Assembly (NCBI GenBank): GCA_032718475.1
Contig: JAUCBJ010009044.1
Coordinates: 1-64,000 of the forward strand
Direction: 5' to 3'
Length of the DNA: 64,000 nt
From: Nemertoderma westbladi
Lineage: Eukaryota > Animalia > Xenacoelomorpha
Of the stretch, positions 54,580 to 64,000 are shown one piece after another. A program made the position numbers and the translations under genes. The notes beneath the pieces were generated by a model. The model saw only the letters and a list, made by a program, of their open reading frames with translations, ran no database searches and was not told the origin of the DNA. Each line of letters starts with the position of its first letter. The stretch's first letter is position 1.

Positions 54580-56051
54580 TGTAAAGGCTTTTGCGGAATT
54601 AGCTGGTTATTTTCCCCGCAAAGTACTCTGTAGTTGTTTTAACGGACATAAAAAGCCGTTTCCTTACTGTACCGGTGTTTTAGTGGACATAAAAGCCATT
54701 TCTTCTGTATGTGTACTTTAGCGGACATAACTAGCGATTTTATGTCGCAATAAGCCAAATACTCTAAACATCGGAACTCCGATGACGACATCTATCAGCT
54801 GTGTCCACGTGTAACTTTTCTTTGTTCTTTGTTCGTTCTTTGTTCGGTCGACCAATCAGAGCGGTTTTGACTCTGTGTTGGAGATTGTATACAGAAACTC
54901 ATGCAATTCAGTCAGTGTGTGTATCTTTCTAAGCCCCGAACACCGGCTTAGGATTCTTCTGTACTTCTGTGGAAGTTTCAGACTTTAGCCAAACATTAGT
55001 AGGCTTTGGTCATAGAAACGTATAACTGTTATCGCACCACATATCCTAATTCTATCAATGCAAATCATATTGTCAACTACAAACACCGCATTTTTACTGC
55101 TATTTACTGTCGGTTATTAATTATATCAGTTGATGGAATATTGTTATATTTGGATAATATCGATAAATAATCATAAAACCCCCAATCTTCTTGATATACT
55201 GAAGGTAAGAGACCGGTTACATATAACAATTGCGACTTACATTAAAGTGGTTTTGGAGTGAATCTAATGCTATTTCATAGGCACTACATGAGTCGGTTGC
55301 TGTTCTCTTTATATGTGACTAAAATTAGTGAAGGTCGGCAGATCGGTGTGCAGCATTGTGCGGTAGTGTGCATGATTGTGACTGATAACAAAGCATCTCC
55401 TAAAGAATGCGCTTTATATGTGAATCAATAGCCATCCCGTTGCGTCTAGTGTAAGTCATAACTCTGTTTACATATTTAGAGCGCCACGTCCTAAAGGAAC
55501 TGTTAATATTTCCCGAAAGTGAATAATATTGGTCAGAGATTATATATTAACAATCAGTCGAATAATACAGTAGGCCTACACCGCAATAAGGTCAAAGCTT
55601 CCGAATCCAGTCTCCCGGGTATATCCAGCGGGTGAATGGTCGCGCATAGACTGGCTTCGGCTAATGTAGTGTATCAAATACTCGTCATAGGCTAAAGTCG
55701 ATTTATAATCTAGAAGACATCTAAATTTGGCAGGTTAAACTACTAAAGGTCTGAAAGCGCGAACAATAACAGTTATAGAGTTCTGATTGCAGTGTAGGCA
55801 ATAAATACAGTCTAAAGTACCGGTCGACCGGTAACTAGTAGGCCTGACTGCCTAACTACCCGAACCGGTACTTACAGCAGTACAGGTACAGCAGTATTAT
55901 TCGATTTTGATAATTATATACCGGTAGGTCTTAATAAGTAATCGGGGACGCCTGGTTTTTATTGGGATTTTACTTAGGCCTATTTCTGTCAGTTTTATTT
56001 ATTTGAAAGTTAATATTGAACAGAAGACGTGTAAGCCTGCTCAGATTGTAC

Positions 56052-56625
56052 AGATAATTTGTAGGCTGGACTGTTGTCTGACTGTTGTTAAGTCTGAAGA
56101 GATTGCGGTGTGTGTAGAGTGTATATCCGATAAAGTACTAGTTAGGAACGTAGGGGCTTCCAGTGCTGTGAGGTAAATCCCCCTGAAAGAATAAGTCGTA
56201 CTACTCGGTTAGAATGCATACTAACTAACCATTTCGGAGTCTGCATATACTGTAGTTTGTTTAGGCTTGATAGTAGTCTGCCAGCGTTTGGTCTGTATTT
56301 TTGTTTGTGTAGTCTGTACGGGTAGCGTAATATTTCTTATTTAGATAATTTGTAGGCTGGATTGTTGCCTGGCTGTTGTTAGGTCTGAAGAGATTGCGGT
56401 GTGTGTAGAGTGTATGTCCGATAAAGTACTAGTTAGGAACGTAGGGGCTTCCAGTGCTGTGAGGTAAATCCCCCTGATAGAATAAGTCGTACTACTCGGT
56501 TAGAACGCATACTAACTAACCATTTCGGAGTCTGCATATACTGTAGTTTGTTTGGGCTTGATAGTAGTCTGCCAGTGTTTGGTCTGTATTTTATTTGAGT
56601 AGTCTGTACGCGTAGCGTAATATTT
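56052..56625. repeat. Two direct copies of a ~291-bp unit in the retrotransposon leader
   Basis: AGATAATTTGTAGGCTGG... at 56052 and 56343, near-identical through GTAGCGTAATATTT. Confidence 0.9.
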
Positions 56626-57485
56626 ATTATTCAGAGTTTATGCGATTATTCGCAACATTCACAACCCCAAGTTTATTCCTACAGTAATTGTGCTTGTTAT
56701 ACATACCGTTATAGTTAAATTAACCCCGGTACTACATCAGGGCTGCTTGGCGTAGGTAAAGACTGGTGATTTTGTGCCCCGGTCACTCCAGCAGATACCA
56801 TGGTTCTTTTGGCTGTACAAGTATTTCTAACTGCTGATTATTTGTTGTATAAGTACTTGTACCTAATTTAGGGTTTAGTGTACAGTGCTTTCCGAAGGTA
56901 ATTAGTGTGTAGGCAGTATATTTGTGTTGTAAAGTGGTTAATAGGCACGTTGGCTCTGGTAGGCCGCGGTAATTAACTTCTAGGTAGGAACACTCCGTGA
57001 TACATAACGTAGTACTTATAGCGATACGGCTATAAGTCGTCAGACGGTGGTATTTTTCCTATCTGGACAACGCAGTATATTTACTACTGCTTTGTTATTT
57101 TCAAATACCGTAGAATCCTGTCTGTTTGTAATAACCAGATATTCTAACCCTTTGTTAGGCTGGTTTGTAGACTTCTTGTAAAATTACCCTAAAAATTCGT
57201 ACGTGTAAATTTCTGTGTTTATTTAGAGATTGTAATCTCACCCCGAATTGTACGTAATTTGTAGTATTAAGTAACTTAGGTAAATTAGAATTATTTGTTT
57301 TTAGTGTCCAACAAGTAGCACTTCACTGAGAGCGCACAGCTTCTGTGTAGTGACTCCTTCCCAGAAATAATAACATTTATTTCAAATATTGACAAAACCC
57401 ATTATACGGGTATATATATATATTATAAATCAACTCAAACCGATTTATAAATTAGTAGGCCTGTCATACAACAATTAGGTCTTAA

Positions 57486-58849
57486 CCCTATTACCACTGG
57501 GGCGGGGGGCCGAATCGGCCCCTTCCTAGTTTTTAGTTGCTGTAACTATGCAACCACATTACGTACCGGCCCAATTTTTTGTGAGAATTAGCCAAATTTA
57601 ATGCCGCATCTTTTGCAAATAACGCCGTTGCAATTGGATTTCTACTTTTCGATGTGGGTGCCACCTCAAAATTTGGTCTCCAGCACCAAATTTTTTGAAA
57701 TTTTCGAATTTTACAAAGTCATTCGTGATTTAGTAATTATTTATGTTTGGGCTATTTTTATTTATTTTTATTGGTTTGGATCACTCTAATGCTCTATACA
57801 AGTATGTAAGTGTAGTGGTACGTCATTTTTGGAGCACCAAATTTAGGGCGTGGCACTTTAAAATTTCAAAATTACTTTATTCGGAAAATTTACTAAAGTT
57901 CTGATTTCTAAGCATTTTTATTGGTTATCTGGAGCGCTGAATCGATTAAAAGTAGTATAGAAGCCTGAAGACTTAGTGGTTCGCCATTTTTGGTGCACCA
58001 AAATTAGGGCGTGGCACTTCAAATTTTGAAAAATACGAGATTCGGAAAATACACTAAAGTTTTGATTTGCAAAGCATTTTTATAGGTTTTCTGGAGCCTT
58101 GAATCGATTCAAAGCAATATAGAAGCCTGAAGACTTAGTGGTTCGCCATTTTTGGTGCACCAAAATTAAGGGCGTGGCACTTCAAATTTTGAAAAATACG
58201 AGATTCGGAAAATTCACTAAAGTTTTGATTTCAAATTAATTTTATAGGTTTTCTGGAGCGCTGAATCGATTGAAAGTAATATAGAAGCCTCAAATTTTTC
58301 AAAATTTTAAGTGCCACGCCCTAATTTTGGTGCACCAAAAATGGCGAACCACTCAGTCTTCAGGCTTCTAAATTACTTTCAATCGATTCAGCGGCCCAGA
58401 AAACCCATAAAGATGCGTTGAAATAAAAAAATTAGGGGCATTTTCTGAATATCTAATTTTTCAAAATTTGAAGTGCCACGCCCACTTCTTATAGGTGCAC
58501 GAAAAATAGCATCCACTTCAATTTTTGGAAGTGGAATATAATCACATTCGATTCAGCGTCTTGAAAAACCTACTAAATCTAGCCAACACTGCCACACTAT
58601 TAGTTTTTAGAAAACGAAAAATTTTGTAATTTTGTCCTGGGACTACTTTTATTTTTCATCAAAATTATGAGTCCCTGCTTATGAAATTTTAACTTTTTAA
58701 GGTTTGGTAGTGTTCATCTATAGTTGTTTCACCAACAGCCCAAATTTTGTAGCATTTCATTGGACGACTACAAAAATATAGTGGGTGGGCCGAATCGGCC
58801 CCCCCCCCCCAGTGGTGCTAATGGTCAAAACACCCCAGTGGTAATAGGG
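57486..58849. mobile_element. piggyBac-like MITE (1364 bp) with internal ~160-bp direct and inverted repeats
   Basis: TTAA|CCCTATTACCACTGGGG ... CCCCAGTGGTAATAGGG|TTAA. Subterminal GGGCCGAATCGGCCC at both ends. Confidence 0.88.
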
Positions 58850-59341
58850 TTAATATCAGTTGGACTACTGCTTAAATAACGGTAATAAAGTAAAGTAAAG
58901 TAACCAAGTAACCCCTAAAATTCAGAAATTCAATTATTCTAAAATAATTGATATACCGGTATTTACAATAGGCTTATTATATTTATATTTATATATTTGC
59001 GCTGAAATTATATACCGGTATTCTGTAATTAATTCTAGTCTATAATTATACTTATATATACTATAAGTGTAAGCTGTATACCGGTATTCACGATAGGCCT
59101 ATTATATATTTATATATATTTGCGCTGAAATTATATACCGGTATTCTGTGACAAACCTAGTCTGTAATAATACTTATATATATACTATAAGCATACCGGT
59201 ATTCTAATATATTATATATATATATCACGTTACACTGAGTAACAGTATCGGTAATTAATTACTAGGCTAACAGTTGATACTGAATTACTAGACTTGCTTT
59301 AACTGTAATATAGCAGTAGGCATTCAACTGTACAAACAAAC

Positions 59342-62300
59342 ATGTCTGACACAAAGCAAAACCTGTCAGACAGTCTCCTAGATACAACCATCTGTGACCC
59401 AGACAGGAGTGTGGAATGTGTGAGACCGAAGTTCAATTCACCTCCTACTGTAAGAAAGATCATCCCTCCAGTAGTAGTATCAGACCCTAGGCTAGTCCAA
59501 CACCGTAGGTCTATCATAGGCACTCGAGCTCAGGTCAAGTGGGACCAAGAAGCAGCAGAACAGCAGCAACACTCGAGCCGAGAACTTATTTCTCAGCGGC
59601 CCGACAGCTCCAGTAGTGCGGATACTGTAGAGCTGACACCCGAGCGCGGAGCAAAGATGACGGAGGCGGTTTATTCGGATCCCCTTCTCATCCTTCCTGC
59701 GGCCGTACTCACTAGGTTATTGATTGCGGTGGAAGAACACCAGATCGATTGGGCGAGAAGTAAGCGATCGACCAAGGATAGTTATGCGGGATACACAAGG
59801 GAAGAACTGAAGTCTATTGTCGAGTCGCAATGGAACTTCCCCGGAGCCGGAATCCCGTTTGACTTATCGGAGGCTGCCTGGGAAGACATACACAGAATGG
59901 GAGTGACAAAGGAAACCAGCAATCCAGCTGTGTGGAAGAGGTCAGCAGCAGGATACGTACATGGATTCTTCAGCTCTATGGAGCGATTAGAGGAACAACT
60001 GTTTCGACAACCCCAAGGACCTCAAGAGCAGGGAGAGCTGCTTTATCAAGTTAGAGAAAGAATTCTAAGAATCAGACTAATCTTATCGGCCTTTGAGGAG
60101 GCTTCGAAAAGAAGACAAGACACGTCGTTGCAAGTTGCCGTAAAGACTTGGTTTCAGCGGGTGAGTCTCAAAGTTCAAGGAACTGCCCCGTGGAAATCTC
60201 AGTTGGCTGAGCGCTCAACCCATGGAGAATCAACAGACGCTACCTTTTCCCAAGTGGAAAGTGAAGTGACAGCAGAAAAACCGCATAAGAGGGATGCTAT
60301 TGACATCTATCTGTCAGACTATCAACGATTTGTAGGTGACGAAGAGTTGAGGAGACGGCTGTCTGGACTTCGCCCTAATAGTGAAGGAGCCAAGCTTGTG
60401 TTGGACGCAATCGATGTGGAAATGTTAGCTGCGAACCAAGGTAAATTTGATGAAAGACTCCGCATCGCTAGGGTCCAAGAAGAACAAGTCAAGAAAAAAC
60501 GTATAGAAGACAGAAAGACAACAGCAGCGGCAGCGGCAGTGGCAGTGGCCGAAGCGGAAAGAAAAGCGGCAGTGGCAGCGGCCGAAGCGGAAAGAAAAGC
60601 GGCAGTGGCAGCGGCAGAGGCAGTGGCAGAAGCAGAACGAAGAGCATCTGAAGAGACCACCCAACTAGAGTTGGAAAATATTCAAGAGAATCAAGACTGC
60701 ATAAATAAACAGTTAACAGCTAGTCAAATGCAGATGATGAGTCGATCTACTCCCAAAAGACAGGGATATACATCATCTGAGGAAGGCGATACCACCGATC
60801 CTGAAGGCGGAGGAAATAGATCTCGTCTAAGCAGACGTAGAAGAATGTCCCACCGTCAGAAATTGCCTGATTTGCCCCCAGCTGTTAGAAGGCAACTAAC
60901 TAACACAGACTTAGGTAGTACAGAACCCACAGACCAAATAATTAAAATAGAAAGACTCCCTACTATAGTAGATGAGCCTGAAATAATTAGGCCTGTTCTT
61001 GAAACCACCCCTTCGGTGATAGAGACACCTGTGCTCCCAGAACCTACCTCTAAATTCCCTTTGCACAGCACTAAACTACCTGTGCCCCACAAAACAACCC
61101 CTGAGACAGTTCCTGTCCTGGACTCCGAGCGAAATATCAATGATTTGTCGCCCGTTGTCCCTCGTCTACCCGCTACTACGTTGGCGGCTCCCGCTTCGGC
61201 GGTCGAGTGGGTGGATGAGGGGCGGCGGGGGATGAATCTCCTGCTCGGGCAGATGCAGGAGACTGTTCATCAGTTTAAAGGAACAGTAAGGGAAAGTAGG
61301 TTAGAGTTGCAAAAAGTGCAGCAGAGTATCGCATTAGAACGCGATAAATTGGTAAATAGACAAAGGGGTATACCACCACCCCCTGTAACAATGTGTCAAC
61401 CTGTTAGGTCTGAAGTATTTCATGCGCAAGGTGTGGAGCCTACACGCATCTATACTGCTAGTGAAGGGGAAACTCCTATAGTAAACCCTATTAAGGGTAA
61501 TTATAAACCTGTTGACAATGATATTCCCTATAGACCTGATCATAATCCGAGAAATTTATATACCGATAACTCGATATTAAATAATACGATGGCCCAAGAA
61601 AGTTTTACGCATCAAATGGCTAGAACCGAAGCCCGTCAAGCGGTAAAGGTGGGAGAGATAGTCAAGTACAATGGAAATGAGATGAAATGGTTACCTTTTA
61701 ATGAATATTACAAAGATAACATACAGAACTCTGTGCTATCTAACGGAGAGAAACTTATATTCCTCATCGAGTGCTTGGAAGGATCTCCCAAGTTAATGGC
61801 GTTAAAGTTTATTGGACATCCAGATGGATTAAGACAAGTTTGGGATACCCTAAACATCAGGTATGGTAATAGGAATAACATAGCTAAGTATTTGTATGCA
61901 AAATTGGTAGCGCCCCGAAAGTTCATTAGCAGCGGGATTATAGAGTTTTCCGATGAGATTCAAGAGATCTGTAGACAATTAGATTGGCTAGGTAAGTCTC
62001 ATTAATATCAGAGTTCTATGGTTATTGGAGCCGTGGCCTCTACTTTACCTAAGGGTGGAGTAGGCACCATCTGGGATAAGAAAGTGTTATATATAATGGA
62101 ACAACAACGACGAGACCCTACCATGGTCGATCTCATGTCATTCTTAGATGGAGAAGTGAAATTACAGCTCCTAAAGCAGTCCAGAGAGAAGACACCGGAA
62201 AACAAGGTAAGTGAGAAACCCGTTTCTAGGAGAAAGGTAACACCAGTGTGTTATACCGACGACGGCGAAAGCCAGGCTTCTCAAGAAGAAGACAGCGGAA

Positions 62301-64000
62301 AAGACACTGAAAGATCTTATTATGTCAACAAAACGCCTAAAGACGTATGTAAATTCAAGTCTCGAACCAATGACAGGAGAGAACAGGTAAGAAAAACGCC
62401 TCCTACGTCTCCTAAGAGAATTCAGGTAAGAAAGCCCGAAGAAAGAACGAGTGTGCACAACGTTACTCAAAATAAGGTAAGTAATATCAAACCGAAATGT
62501 GCGCTGTGTGACGGGACCCACCGTTTGAATGTGTGTGATGAATTCCTAAAGAAATCATTAAAGGATAGACGGGAAGTCATGTGGGATAAGCGGTTGTGTT
62601 ATAATTGCCTCAGACAAGGACATCAACGGCGAACCTGTTACTCCGACGCAAGGTGTGCGAAGTGCGGCGCAAAACATCATCTCTTGTTGCATACTGAATT
62701 CGAACGAAACAGCCCGAGTCAGGTAAGTGATTCTGAACTACATGTCCAATTCAGTGATGTGAACGACACTGACCAAAGTTCTGAGATGGAAGGATTCTAT
62801 ACGGACGAATTCTCCGATGAAAACGAATCCTGTTACCTGATAAATACCGCAGTGTATCGAGCACTTATGTATGAAAAGGACACCGATAGCGAGCTCCCCC
62901 TAACTACTTCTGACCGACAACCATCTTGGAAAGCACCAACTTCCAATGTAGGAATCCGAGAATTTCCCGTAGTACAGTTGAGGGTCCATGGACCTAAAAG
63001 GAGTTATATAGTGAACGCCCTCCTTGACTCCGGTAGCACAGGAACATTCATCGACAAAGAACTAGCCGAAGACATCTTTGCTGGACAACCCAAGTTCCGA
63101 ACTAAGTTAAACATGTCAGGAATTATGCAGGTTTGGAAATCTACAGTAATAGCGGATTATTATGTAGGTGCGTTGTCCACCCCCCAGGATGAACTAGGAG
63201 AACACAGTATAAGGTCAGTAAAAATGGTGGCGATAAAGAACTTCGCTACCAGCCAAGTAGAACCTTATAACTGGGATGAGGACGATTCCACCCAGCAGCT
63301 TAATATACCTAGATTCAACACAGATTACCCTGGAGTGCAAATACTCATCGGCCATAATGCGCATGAGGCGCTTGAGACATTGGAGAAACGGCCTGCTCAA
63401 CCGCAACCACTACAAGCCTATGCGGGAAGAACTAGAGTGGGTTGGTACTTTACTGGCCCTTCCTATAGAACTCTCATGGAAAGATTACCAAAAGAACAGG
63501 TATATCAAGTAAAGGAATGGGAAGTAGAGAGCAGTGAGGTAGATGACCCAACTGAGGGAACACCATACTCATCAGATAATGACGATATCCACCAACTCTT
63601 CGACGAGGAGAATACCATCGATCTCCTTACGGAAAACGAGACTTGGCAAAACCAAGTGAACCTCTGTCAACTCATTCGTCCATCAGGACAAGTCGACTAT
63701 AACGACGAACTGAATGACGTAATCGAGCGCTATAATGCGAAGACTCGAGATGAACACGCCGTACGATTCTTTACTCAAGAGGCTGTAGAGCCCAATTCCT
63801 ACGATAAGGCCCTATCGGTAGAAGAAGAAAGAGCCAAGCAGATCCAGGAGACAACTACACGTTTTCTTAAAGATCAAGGTAGATATGAAATCGGTCTCCC
63901 ATTCCGAAAGCGAGAACCAAAATTCATAAACAACCGACCCTTGGCGGAGAAAAGAATTGCTCAACTACATCGACGCCTTACGGCAAATGCTTCAGATAAA
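59342..64000 (+). pseudogene. BEL/Pao gag-pol polyprotein (DUF1759-type gag, three Cys/His knuckles, aspartic protease), interrupted by one in-frame TAA at 62003-62005
   Basis: KYNGNEMKWLPFNEYY...LSNGEKLIFLIECLEG is the BEL gag core. The same frame continues after the TAA with CALCDGTHRLNVC...CYNCLRQGHQRRTC...CAKCGAKHHLLLH, then VNALLDSGSTGTFID (protease) and GRYEIGLPFR...NNRPLAEKR (pre-RT region). Confidence 0.9.

Larger units (their letters stand above)
54580..64000 (+). mobile_element. BEL/Pao LTR retrotransposon, 5' part, antisense within a MYO7A intron; runs off the right edge
   Basis: The array breaks mid-unit at CCCATTT|TGTAAAGG (TG is a putative LTR start; the LTR end and PBS were not identified). 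A BEL-type gag-pol lies downstream. The left boundary is an inference. Confidence 0.75.

Noticed and set aside
61992-62170. Programmed readthrough or splicing around the TAA in the BEL polyprotein
   Set aside because: The stop falls inside gag before the zinc knuckles, the context is not a readthrough motif I recognise, and the nearby AGs (62011, 62167) are out of phase with the 61992 donor. A simple nonsense mutation is more likely.

Overview
Eukaryotic (animal, probably invertebrate) genomic DNA with two convergent spliced genes. The + strand carries the last five coding exons of a cysteine-rich secreted protein (TSP1, VWC, TIL-like and C-terminal cystine knot; SCO-spondin/mucin/VWF type; 3863-5668). 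The - strand carries 18 exons of the myosin VIIa tail (FERM1-SH3-MyTH4-FERM2; 49484 down to the stop at 8111). More than half of the window is intronic tandem repeat. The giant ORFs in the track (23.9-32.9 kb) are artefacts of a stop-free 17-bp satellite. The most striking pattern is that several arrays are amplified copies of the genes' own exon-intron junctions: a 47-bp acceptor copied at least ~314 times, and donors copied ~71 times (67 bp), 26 times (64 bp) and 17 times (33 bp), plus a 29-bp acceptor triplet. Where the exon is visible, only the exon-adjacent copy gives a normal transcript. The introns also hold piggyBac-like and Kolobok-like MITEs, tRNA-derived SINEs, L2 and RTE LINE fragments, two long palindromes, and the 5' part of a BEL/Pao LTR retrotransposon with a nonsense codon. 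All calls come from reading the sequence by eye; no searches were run.
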